From NCBI GenBank assembly GCA_016183675.1, contig JACPEF010000227.1:1-45023 (forward strand): DNA of 45,023 nt, in the 5' to 3' direction. A program made the position numbers and the translations under genes. Shown here piece by piece: positions 15,265-23,167 of this stretch; position 1 is the stretch's first letter, and each line of letters opens with the position of its first letter. This DNA is from Betaproteobacteria bacterium (lineage in GTDB: Bacteria; Pseudomonadota; Gammaproteobacteria; Burkholderiales; SG8-41). The notes below the pieces were generated by a model. That model was not told the origin of the DNA, made no database searches, and saw nothing but the letters and a program-made list of their open reading frames with translations.

Positions 15265-15537
15265 ATGGCAAAAGAAGAAATGATCGAATTGACAGGCGTC
15301 GTCGACGAGGTACTGCCCAGCACGGTGTTCCGCGTGACGCTCGACAACGGGCACGCGGTGACCGCTTACGCGTGCGGAAAGATGCGCCAGCGCCGCATAC
15401 GCATCCTTGCCGGCGACCGCGTCACCGTCGAAATCTCGCCTTACGACCTCACGAAGGGCCGCATCAACTTTCGCCACAAGGACGCCAGCGTCCCGCCGCC
15501 AATGGCGCCGCGGCAGGCGTACCTGCGGCGTCGATAG
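15265..15537 (+). CDS. infA: Translation initiation factor IF-1 with C-terminal basic extension
   Basis: ATG at 15265. [72 protein letters not shown] is the S1-like IF-1 fold. An extra 17 aa follows ([18 protein letters not shown]). Confidence 0.9.
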   Translation: MAKEEMIELTGVVDEVLPSTVFRVTLDNGHAVTAYACGKMRQRRIRILAGDRVTVEISPYDLTKGRINFRHKDASVPPPMAPRQAYLRRR

Positions 15538-15642
15538 CTGCGGGCGGTCGTCGCCGCGCTGGATGGGCAGCCGTCAGTTCGCACCTGGCCGAAGACTGCC
15601 AACTCCAAACCGACCAGGGCCTACTGGAAACTTTCTTTGTTT

Positions 15643-15665
15643 GTCATCACTCATCACCCATCACG
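15643..15665 (-). repeat. GTGATG heptamer array immediately after the Bug gene stop
   Basis: Minus strand after TAG: CGTGATGGGTGATGAGTGATGAC. Confidence 0.55.
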
Positions 15666-16637
15666 CTATTTGAGATCGACGCCGGAGGCCTTGACCAGTT
15701 CGGTGATCCGCTTCCTTTCCCCGCGCCGGAACGCATCGAGTTCCTCGCGCCCGCCCGCGACGATATCAATTCCCACCACCTTGAGTTTTTCGCCGAATGC
15801 CGGCTCCCTGGACGCTTTCACCACTTCGGCACTCACCTTGGCGAGCACCGCATTCGGCGTGCCCACGGGGGCCACCAGGCTGTACCAACCGAACATCGCG
15901 TAGCCGGGCACCACTTCCGAGATTGCCGGCACGTTGGGAAGCGCCGACGAGCGCTTCGGTGTGGTCACGCCGAGCGCCCTCAACCTGCCCGACTCGACGT
16001 GCGGCCGCGCGGCCGGATAGACCGCGTACGTCAGTTGCACCTCGTTTGCCAGCGTGTCGACGATAGCCTGGGGAATGCCCTTGTAGGGCACGTGCAGCAT
16101 GTCGGTCCCTGTCAGGCGCGTGAACATGACGCCTGAAAGATGCTCCGAGGCTCCGGCACCGGCCGAACCGTAGCGCAGCTTCCCCGGCGACTTCTTGGCG
16201 AGCGCGATCAGCTCGGGTATCGATTTCGCCGGCACTTGCGGGTTGACCATCTGCACGAACGGCACCGTTCCGATCAGGCTGATCGAGGCGAACTCCTTGT
16301 CCAGGTTGAACTTGAGATCGGGATAGACCGAGGTCGCGACGAACAGCTGCGAGGTCAGCATCATCCACGTGTACCCATCCGGGTTCGCGCGCAGCGCGAG
16401 TTCCGCGCTGATGATGCCGGCAACCCCGGGGCGGGAATCGACAACGATCCGCTGGCCCCATGTGCCGTACAAGCGGTCGGCCACGAGCCGCGCGATGATG
16501 TCGGGACCCGAGCCCGGCGCGCTGCCGATGATGAGCCGGATCGGTTTTTCGGGGTAGGCCGGCTGCGCGGCGTGCGCCGCCGACACCGCCAACACCACCG
16601 GGACCGCGATTGCGGCTAACAGTTTCTCAGTACGCAT
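15666..16637 (-). CDS. Bug/TctC-family periplasmic solute-binding protein (2 of 10)
   Basis: 323-aa ORF with AGGAGA RBS. MRTEKLLAAIAVPVVLAVSAAHAAQPAYPEKPIRLIIGSAPGSGPD. Confidence 0.9.
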   Translation of the reverse strand: MRTEKLLAAIAVPVVLAVSAAHAAQPAYPEKPIRLIIGSAPGSGPDIIARLVADRLYGTWGQRIVVDSRPGVAGIISAELALRANPDGYTWMMLTSQLFVATSVYPDLKFNLDKEFASISLIGTVPFVQMVNPQVPAKSIPELIALAKKSPGKLRYGSAGAGASEHLSGVMFTRLTGTDMLHVPYKGIPQAIVDTLANEVQLTYAVYPAARPHVESGRLRALGVTTPKRSSALPNVPAISEVVPGYAMFGWYSLVAPVGTPNAVLAKVSAEVVKASREPAFGEKLKVVGIDIVAGGREELDAFRRGERKRITELVKASGVDLK

Positions 16638-16656
16638 CTCGATTCTCCTCTAGTCG

Positions 16657-16724
16657 CTTAGGGGACAGACCACCAAGAACTCCTCCACCAGCGTCTTAGA
16701 ACACCTTAGTGGTCTCTGCCCTAA
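16657..16724. repeat. REP-like palindromic element (CTTAGGGGACAGAC family), copy 2
   Basis: CTTAGGGGACAGACCACCAAG (16657-16677) pairs with CCTTAGTGGTCTCTGCCCTAA (16704-16724), 17/20. Confidence 0.7.
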
Positions 16725-16779
16725 TGATAATTGAATTTTGCTTGATCTAGCTCAAAATCGAGGTCCGCCTCTAACCTGA

Positions 16780-16845
16780 CTTAGGGGACAGACCACTAAG
16801 AAGTTGTTGGGGTGAAGCAGTCCTTAGTGGTTTGTCCCCTATAAG
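16780..16845. repeat. REP-like palindromic element (CTTAGGGGACAGAC family), copy 3
   Basis: CTTAGGGGACAGACCACTAAG (16780-16800) pairs with CTTAGTGGTTTGTCCCCTATAAG (16823-16845), with 1 mismatch and a 2-nt bulge. Confidence 0.7.
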
Positions 16846-16855
16846 GGTTCGCTGG

Positions 16856-18025
16856 TCACGCAGCCTTGAAGACCGGCGCGAGCCAATCCGCAATGTAATC
16901 GATCCCCATCTGGCGGTTGTCCACCTGGCAGTGCTCGGCAGCGCCCCCCTCGGCGGTGAAGATCTTGATCGTCTTCTTTCTCGAGCCGACCGCCGCATAA
17001 AGCTTGTGCGCGGAATCCACGGGACACACCCGGTCGTCCTGCCCGTGCACGACGAGGAACGGGCAAGCGATCCTTCCGGCAACGTCCACCAGCGAGAACT
17101 TCTTCGCCTTCTCGATCGCAGCGTCGGCGTCGTCGAGATGGCCCATGATCCAGCGGAAATGGAACGCGGACTGCGCGGTGTTCGCGGGATTGGCCTGCTG
17201 TTTGCGCTGGACCTCGAGCTGCCACCCGGCCAGGTCCCAGTGCAGCGCGCCGAGGCAGACGCACGCCGCATAGCGCTCCTCGAAGGCGGCGACGCGCGGG
17301 GCATAGTAGCCGCCGAAGCTGTAGCCCATCACCGCCACCCGCTTCGGGTCCACCTCCGGCCGTTTCGCGACGTATTCGTAGGCGGCGGCGCCGGGCACCT
17401 CGTAATCGTGGCGGCTGTACAGGCCGCGCAGCCGGAGCGACTCGCCCTGCCCCGGCCCGTCGATCGCGAGCGTGTGCCAGCCGCGCGCGGCGAACTCGAG
17501 ACCGGCGAAGAGCACGCTCATCTCCTTGCAGTTGTCCATGCCGTCGAACAGCACCACCGCGGGCGCGCGACCGGATGCGCCGGGCGCCTTCAGGAACAGC
17601 GCCGGCAGCGTGGCGCCCTCGTACGGCACCTCCACTTTCTCGATGTTCGGGTAGCGCCGCAGCAACCCTTTGGTCTGCAGGTCGAGCGCTCTTCGCCCGA
17701 TCTCGCGCTTCTGCTCGCCGGGATAGACGAAGCGCTCCGCCGTGAAGTAGTACATCCCGGCGCGGAGATAATAATTGCCGGCGGTGAACCGGCGTCCCTC
17801 CGCCTCCGCCGCCTCCGCCGCCTTTTCCAGGCGGGCTCCCATCGCGCCCCACTCTTCCCACCACGCGTGCGGTTCGCCCTGGCGCTGCCTCAGCCGCTCG
17901 CAGACCTGGTCAATCTCCCCCAGCGCGACCGCGCCGTAGGGCGCCATGCCTTTCGTGACGAGGGTCGCGTTCGACCACATGAAGTTGCCGGGGAAATGGT
18001 CTATCCAGGTGCCCTGCGAAGTCAT
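16856..18025 (-). CDS. Alpha/beta hydrolase (family resembling 2,6-dihydropseudooxynicotine-hydrolase-type C-C hydrolases), paralog 1
   Basis: 389-aa ORF with nucleophile elbow GYSFG. The helical N-terminal cap region (FMWSNATLVTKGMAPYGAVALGEI...) is as I recall for this family. Confidence 0.8.
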   Translation of the reverse strand: MTSQGTWIDHFPGNFMWSNATLVTKGMAPYGAVALGEIDQVCERLRQRQGEPHAWWEEWGAMGARLEKAAEAAEAEGRRFTAGNYYLRAGMYYFTAERFVYPGEQKREIGRRALDLQTKGLLRRYPNIEKVEVPYEGATLPALFLKAPGASGRAPAVVLFDGMDNCKEMSVLFAGLEFAARGWHTLAIDGPGQGESLRLRGLYSRHDYEVPGAAAYEYVAKRPEVDPKRVAVMGYSFGGYYAPRVAAFEERYAACVCLGALHWDLAGWQLEVQRKQQANPANTAQSAFHFRWIMGHLDDADAAIEKAKKFSLVDVAGRIACPFLVVHGQDDRVCPVDSAHKLYAAVGSRKKTIKIFTAEGGAAEHCQVDNRQMGIDYIADWLAPVFKAA

Positions 18026-18097
18026 CGTCTATCCTCTACGGTAAGCGGTGATGGGCATCCGCAGCTCACTCTTGCCTTTCGGAACGGGTCCCAGACC

Positions 18098-18138
18098 CGC
18101 GTGTTGAACGGCGATCATCCCGTCCGTTCCAACGCGCG
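18098..18138. repeat. GTTGAACGG / CCGTTCCAAC palindrome, copy 1
   Basis: CGCGTGTTGAACGG (18098-18111) and CCGTTCCAACGCGCG (18124-18138). Nearly the same sequence occurs at 28375-28413. The core equals the TIR core of the CTAG-TGCCGTTCCAAC MITEs. Confidence 0.6.
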
Positions 18139-18160
18139 GGGCTCTGCTTCCGGTTTAACC

Positions 18161-19864
18161 CTATTTGGGCGGGATCACGGGAAGCAGCAGGTACGACGCC
18201 TTGTCCCCGCCGGAGTGGATCGTGTTCTCCGCCCCCGCGTTGTAGTCCGCGTGGTAGTGCGTGTAGGGCGCGCTCCCCACGCCGTCGCGCGGCTGGATGT
18301 CGAGGCGCAGCTTGTGCCCCTTCTTGAACACCATGCAGGTGGGCCAGATCTCCACCTGGCACTCAACCGGCTCGTTCGGCGCGAGCCACCAGCGTTCGTT
18401 GTGCGCGTGATACGGGCGGTACGGCAGCGAGCGCTCGGAATCGAGCTTGCGGTGCGATGCGCGCAGCGTTCCCTTCGTCACCGGTATCGGCTGGCCGTGC
18501 TGGCCCACTTCCCAGACGTCGCTCCCGTCGGGACCGATGTTGCGCAGCGTGACGAAGATGTCCATGTCCTCGGAGGTGCTCGACACCCACAGGTTGAGCA
18601 TGAGCGGTCCCGTGATCTCGGTCGCCTCCGCCATCGGCGCGCTTTCGAAGGAGACGCCGGTGCGGCCGCTCCCGCCGTGGGTCGTCGCGAGGGACGAAGC
18701 CGAAGCCACGCCGGCCCGGGTTGCGCCGCCGGCGGAATAGGTGAGCTTGCCCGCGGCGGTCGGCAGCGCGCTCACGAGCCGCCCCTCGACCGCATGCTCG
18801 TCGCTCGAGGGCTCGCGCTCGATCTTGAGATACATCCGGGTCCACTGCGTGCGCGCGAGCGGCCATTCGTTCTCGAAGCGGAAAGGGTACGGCTTCTGGC
18901 TTCCGCCGGTGCGGATCTCGAGCTTCACCGGCGGCTCGTCCAGGATGCCGGTGCCGATGCCCTTCAACCAGTAGTCGAACCACCGCAACTGGTCCATGCG
19001 CCCCTCCTCCGAATGGAAGGGGTGGAAATGCGTTCCGGTGTGGACGCGCAGCTTCTTGTGCTTCGCGGCCGCGTTCAGGTAGCCCTCGGTGTTGCCGCGC
19101 AGGTGCAGCGAGAAACCGCCCCAGTTGCCGACGCTCCACGTCGGCACCGTGATTTTGTCCCAGCGCGCGCTGCACTGGCGCCAGAACTCGGAGTCGAGGT
19201 CGTTGCGCATATAGTGCCACAGCAGGTTGTTGTTGAACGCGTCGGGATTGTAGCTGCGGGTCCTCCCGAGCAGGTGGTGCGCGGTCGCCGTGGTGTGCCA
19301 GTTGGAAATAAAGCCCGCCGCGAAGATCCCGCCGTGATAGGCCTGGTCGCGGTACTGGTCCGCCCGCCCTTCCCACGGCATGATCGCTTTCAACGACGGC
19401 GGCTGCAGACCGGCGACGCGCCACTGCGAGCTCGCGTGGTAGGAGATGCCGAGCGTCCCGATGCTGCCGGAGCACCAGGGCCGCTTCGCGATCCACTCGA
19501 TCGCGTCGTAGAAATCCACCGCTTCCTGGTACGAGCTCGGCTCCGACTGGCCGGGCGACTTCCCGGCGCCGCGGGCGTCCACCCGCACGCACGCGTAGCC
19601 GCGCGGGCACCACCACATCGGGTTGACCGTCTCCCACGCCATGTACGGGTTGGGCTTCTCCTCCAGGTCGTCCGGCGGTATCCACAGCTTGTCCTTCTGG
19701 TAGACGCTGATGTTCATGATGGCGGGGAAGCGCTCGGCCCCGCCGTCGGGACGGAAGACGTCGGCGTAGAGGATGGTGCCGTCCCGCATCGGGATTCTCA
19801 CGTCCTTCTCGACGATCAGCTTGTAGTCGCGGGGCTTCGATACGTTGGCGGACTTGTCGGCCAT
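18161..19864 (-). CDS. CocE/NonD-family hydrolase, paralog 2
   Basis: 567-aa ORF. DVRIPMRDGTILYADVFRP, nucleophile context GTLGISYHASSQW, C-terminal LLLPVIPPK. Confidence 0.9.
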   Translation of the reverse strand: MADKSANVSKPRDYKLIVEKDVRIPMRDGTILYADVFRPDGGAERFPAIMNISVYQKDKLWIPPDDLEEKPNPYMAWETVNPMWWCPRGYACVRVDARGAGKSPGQSEPSSYQEAVDFYDAIEWIAKRPWCSGSIGTLGISYHASSQWRVAGLQPPSLKAIMPWEGRADQYRDQAYHGGIFAAGFISNWHTTATAHHLLGRTRSYNPDAFNNNLLWHYMRNDLDSEFWRQCSARWDKITVPTWSVGNWGGFSLHLRGNTEGYLNAAAKHKKLRVHTGTHFHPFHSEEGRMDQLRWFDYWLKGIGTGILDEPPVKLEIRTGGSQKPYPFRFENEWPLARTQWTRMYLKIEREPSSDEHAVEGRLVSALPTAAGKLTYSAGGATRAGVASASSLATTHGGSGRTGVSFESAPMAEATEITGPLMLNLWVSSTSEDMDIFVTLRNIGPDGSDVWEVGQHGQPIPVTKGTLRASHRKLDSERSLPYRPYHAHNERWWLAPNEPVECQVEIWPTCMVFKKGHKLRLDIQPRDGVGSAPYTHYHADYNAGAENTIHSGGDKASYLLLPVIPPK

Positions 19865-20002
19865 TCTCGTGCTCTCGTGTCGGGTTGTAGGTGGCGCGTT
19901 ATGGGCAATGCGGGGATCGGGACTAGGGGCTAGCGACTGACAAACGCAAAATCCGGATTCCGAGCCCCGAGTCCCGTTTTACTTCGCCCTCGCCCTTTCA
20001 CG

Positions 20003-20995
20003 CTAATCCAGCTTGACGTTGTTTTCCTTGATGATGCGCCCCCAGCGCTTCATCTCGTTGCGCACGAACGCATCGAAGTCCTCCGGCGACTGGCTGACGG
20101 TCACCCGCGCGAGTCTCTTGGCGAACGCCTCCTCGATGTCCTTGCGCTGGATGACCTCGACCGCGGCCTGGTAGAGCTTGCCGACGATGCCGCGCGGGGT
20201 CCTCGACGGCACGAAGAAGCCGTTCCAGTTGTCGCTGCCGATGCCTGGAAAGCCCAATTCCACGAGCGTCGGAATGTCCGGCATGTCGGTGATGCGCTGC
20301 TGCGCGGTGGTCGCGTATGCCTTCATGCGCCCCGCCCGTACCTGCACGATGGCGGAGGCGGCGTTCATGATCGAGAAGTGGATCTCCCCGCTGATGAGGG
20401 CCGGCACCGTGGCGCCCGCCCCCTTGGAAGGCACGTTCACCATCTGGATGCCCGCGCGCTTGGTGAAATCCAGCATGTCGAGGTGCGAATACGCGCCCAG
20501 GGGATTGGAGTAGTTGAGCTGGCCCGGGCGCGCTTTCGCGTACTCGACCAGCTCCTTGAAATTTCTCGGCGCGAAACCCGCCCCCGAAACGATCAGGTTC
20601 GGGACCGAAACGAGCAGCGTCACCCCCGCCAGGTCCTTCTCGGGTTTCACCTGCAGCTTCGAGGCGAACAGGAGGGGGTTGATGGAGCTCGTGGATACGT
20701 TGCCGAGCAGCACCGTGTAGCCGTCGGGCTGCGCCCGCGCCACCAGCTCAACGCCGATGTTGCCCGCCGCGCCCGGGCGGTTGTCCACGACGAGCTGCTG
20801 CCCCAGCCGCTCGCCCAGCGCGGGCCCGATCTGGCGCGCAACGATGTCGGTCGCCCCGCCCGGGGCGAAGGGTATGACAACCCGTATCGGCCGCCGCGGG
20901 AAATCCTGCGCCTCCTTCTGCGCGGCGTAACCCGCGCTCATCGTCGCGGCGCACAGCAGGACAAGAAGGGAAAACACCTTTCCGAATCTCTTCAT
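20003..20995 (-). CDS. Bug/TctC-family periplasmic solute-binding protein (3 of 10)
   Basis: 330-aa ORF. MKRFGKVFSLLVLLCAATMSAGYAAQ...FPRRPIRVVIPFAPGGATD. Confidence 0.9.
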   Translation of the reverse strand: MKRFGKVFSLLVLLCAATMSAGYAAQKEAQDFPRRPIRVVIPFAPGGATDIVARQIGPALGERLGQQLVVDNRPGAAGNIGVELVARAQPDGYTVLLGNVSTSSINPLLFASKLQVKPEKDLAGVTLLVSVPNLIVSGAGFAPRNFKELVEYAKARPGQLNYSNPLGAYSHLDMLDFTKRAGIQMVNVPSKGAGATVPALISGEIHFSIMNAASAIVQVRAGRMKAYATTAQQRITDMPDIPTLVELGFPGIGSDNWNGFFVPSRTPRGIVGKLYQAAVEVIQRKDIEEAFAKRLARVTVSQSPEDFDAFVRNEMKRWGRIIKENNVKLD

Positions 20996-21118
20996 GGCCC
21001 GTCCTCGCGCGTTGTGCCGCTAGATTAGCATTTTGCCTGCGCGGCCGCGGAGACCGCGCATGGCGATTCACGCAATGTGGACTTCCGCGCTCGTGCAGCA
21101 GAACCGATCGAGCCCCCG

Positions 21119-21868
21119 TCACGGCAGGAAGAGTCCGCCGTTCACGTGGATCGTCTGTCCGGTGATGAAGCCCGAGCCGGGCAGGCAGAGGAAGTGCACG
21201 ACCCGCGCGATGTCATCGGGCGCGCCGGCGCGTCCCACCGGCGGGGTGAGGTCGGCGTGGGGCATTTCGCCGGCGGTGGCGGAGCGCTCGCCCCCGATCC
21301 GGCCCGGAGAGACACAGTTCACCGTGACGCCCTGCTTCGCGTACTCCACGGCGAGCGCGCGCGTGAGCCCTTCCAGCCCCGCCTTGGCGGCGGACACATG
21401 CGCGCGCCCCATATGGGTCGGCATGTGGTGGCCGTCGCCGCTCACGTTGACGATGCGTCCCCAGCCGTCGCGCACCATGTGCGGCAGCGCCGCGCGCGAG
21501 CAGAAGAACGCGCCGTCGAGGATGATGCCGACGATGTGGCGCCATTGCGCGGCGGTCATCTCGATGAATGGCACCTGCTGGCGGTCGGCGGCGTTGTTCA
21601 CCAGGATGTCGAGCCGCCCAAAGCGCGCGGCGACCGCATCGAACATGCGGCCCACCGCGTTTTCCTCGGTCACGTCGGCGACGCAAACCATCGCCCGCCG
21701 TCCCTGGCTCTCGATTTCCGCCCCCGCCCGCTCCGCCTCCTCGCGGGACCGGCGCGTGTTGATGACCACCGCCGCCCCCTCGCGCGCCAGCGCGAGCGCG
21801 ACGGCGCGCCCGTTGCGCCGCACCGCGCCGGTGATCAGCGCGACCCTGCCTTCGAGTTGCCCGCTCAT
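21119..21868 (-). CDS. SDR-family oxidoreductase (FabG-like) with atypical active-site segment
   Basis: 249-aa ORF with AGGAG RBS. Cofactor motif ITGAVRRNGRAVA. The catalytic region reads NVSGDG...GRAHVSAAKAG, i.e. Val where classical SDRs have the YxxxK Tyr. Confidence 0.85.
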   Translation of the reverse strand: MSGQLEGRVALITGAVRRNGRAVALALAREGAAVVINTRRSREEAERAGAEIESQGRRAMVCVADVTEENAVGRMFDAVAARFGRLDILVNNAADRQQVPFIEMTAAQWRHIVGIILDGAFFCSRAALPHMVRDGWGRIVNVSGDGHHMPTHMGRAHVSAAKAGLEGLTRALAVEYAKQGVTVNCVSPGRIGGERSATAGEMPHADLTPPVGRAGAPDDIARVVHFLCLPGSGFITGQTIHVNGGLFLP

Positions 21869-21971
21869 CGATCGACTCCTGGAGTTGGTTGACGTTGAAA
21901 ACCACGGATGCTAGCTTGGGCCACTCCGGCCATCAAGCGATGCGCGATCCCCGAACGAGGAGGATCTGAAA

Positions 21972-22946
21972 ATGAAGCTTCGGAACGCAGCACGCCTGCT
22001 TTGCGCCGCGCTCGTTGCGGCAAGCGCCGGTGACGGCCTCGCGCAGGCCGGCTATCCCAACCGGCCGGTGCGGGTGGTGGTGCCGTCTTCGCCCGGCGGC
22101 GGCACCGACATCCTCACGCGGCAGCTGACGTCCGGTCTCTCCCAGCGCCTGGGCCAGCAGGTGATCGTGGACAATCGCCCGGGCGCGGGCTCCATCATTG
22201 GCAACGAACTCGTCGCCAGGGCGACCCCCGACGGCTACACGCTGCTGATGGGAATATCGACGCTCGCGATTCTCCCGGCGACCAAGAAGAAGCTGCCGTA
22301 CGATGCGCTGAAGGATCTCGCGCCCGTCACGCAGGTCATTTCGGCGCCCAACATCCTGGTGGTGCACCCGTCGCTGCCTCCGAAGTCGGTGAAGGAGCTG
22401 ATCGCGTTCGCCCGCAAGCGCCCGAACGAGATCAATTACGCCTCGGCCGGCGCCGGGACGAACCCGCATCTCACGATGGAGCTGTTTCTCACCATGACCA
22501 ACGTCAAGATGGTCCACATCCCGTACAAGGGGCTGGGGCCCGCGCTGGTGGACCTGCTTGCCGGCCATGTCGTCGCGGCGACCGCGACCATGCTCTCCGG
22601 GTTGCCCCACGTGAGAAGCGGACGCCTGCGCGGACTGGCCACGACCGGCGCCAAGCGCTCGAGCGCGCTGCCCGATCTGCCGACGATCGCGGAAGCGGGG
22701 GTACCGGGCTACGAGGCCACGCAGTGGTACGGCATGTTCGCGCCCGCCGGCACTCCCCCGGAGATCATCGCGAAACTGCACGAGGCCATGACGGCGGTGC
22801 TGCGCTCGCCTGCGGTCAGCCAGAAGCTCGCGGCCGACGGCGCGGACGCCGTCGCCAACACGCCGGAGGAGTTCGCGCGTGTCATGCGCGCCGAAACCGA
22901 GAAGTGGGCGAAGGTCGCGCGCGCGGCGGGCATCAAGCCCGAGTGA
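21972..22946 (+). CDS. Bug/TctC-family periplasmic solute-binding protein (4 of 10)
   Basis: 324-aa ORF with GAGGAGGA RBS. MKLRNAARLLCAALVAASAGDGLAQAGYPNRPVRVVVPSSPGGGTD. Confidence 0.9.
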   Translation: MKLRNAARLLCAALVAASAGDGLAQAGYPNRPVRVVVPSSPGGGTDILTRQLTSGLSQRLGQQVIVDNRPGAGSIIGNELVARATPDGYTLLMGISTLAILPATKKKLPYDALKDLAPVTQVISAPNILVVHPSLPPKSVKELIAFARKRPNEINYASAGAGTNPHLTMELFLTMTNVKMVHIPYKGLGPALVDLLAGHVVAATATMLSGLPHVRSGRLRGLATTGAKRSSALPDLPTIAEAGVPGYEATQWYGMFAPAGTPPEIIAKLHEAMTAVLRSPAVSQKLAADGADAVANTPEEFARVMRAETEKWAKVARAAGIKPE

Positions 22947-22984
22947 CCAGGCGCTAGGGGCTGGGCACTCGTCGCGACCGAACG

Positions 22985-23016
22985 CGTGACTCGTGACGGG
23001 TGGGCCGTGACGGGTA
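22985..23016 (+). repeat. CGTGAC short-period array downstream of the Bug gene
   Basis: CGTGACTCGTGACGGGTGGGCCGTGACGGGTA. The stop codon itself sits in GAGTGACC (22941-22948). Confidence 0.6.
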
Positions 23017-23023
23017 AGGCGTT

Positions 23024-23167
23024 CTAGTGCCGTTCCAACTTGTTTCTCCAAACTTGGGCGGCTAGCCCCGTTCCAACTTGATTGGCCTAATGACCACGAG
23101 AACTCTTCTGCTGAATATCGTGCCTCGATCACGCATCACAGATAGCTCGAAATAGTTGGAACGGCAC
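23024..23167. mobile_element. MITE-like element of the CTAG-TGCCGTTCCAAC family (one about 106-bp copy, 23062-23167, plus an adjacent solo 38-bp end, 23024-23061)
   Basis: CTAGTGCCGTTCCAACTTGTTTCTCCAAA (23024-23052) is identical over 29 nt to the reverse complement of the right end of the 37952-38059 element. There is a second left end CTAGCCCCGTTCCAACTTG (23062-23080). The right end AAATAGTTGGAACGGCAC (23150-23167) matches the other end of the 37952 copy over 18 nt. Confidence 0.6.

Noticed and set aside
16832-19933. 1033-aa plus-strand ORF, the longest in the track
   Set aside because: It is entirely antisense to two well-supported minus-strand genes (alpha/beta hydrolase and CocE/NonD-2). 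The translated sequence is low-complexity and Arg/Ala/Gly/Pro-rich, as expected for off-frame or antisense ORFs in high-GC DNA.
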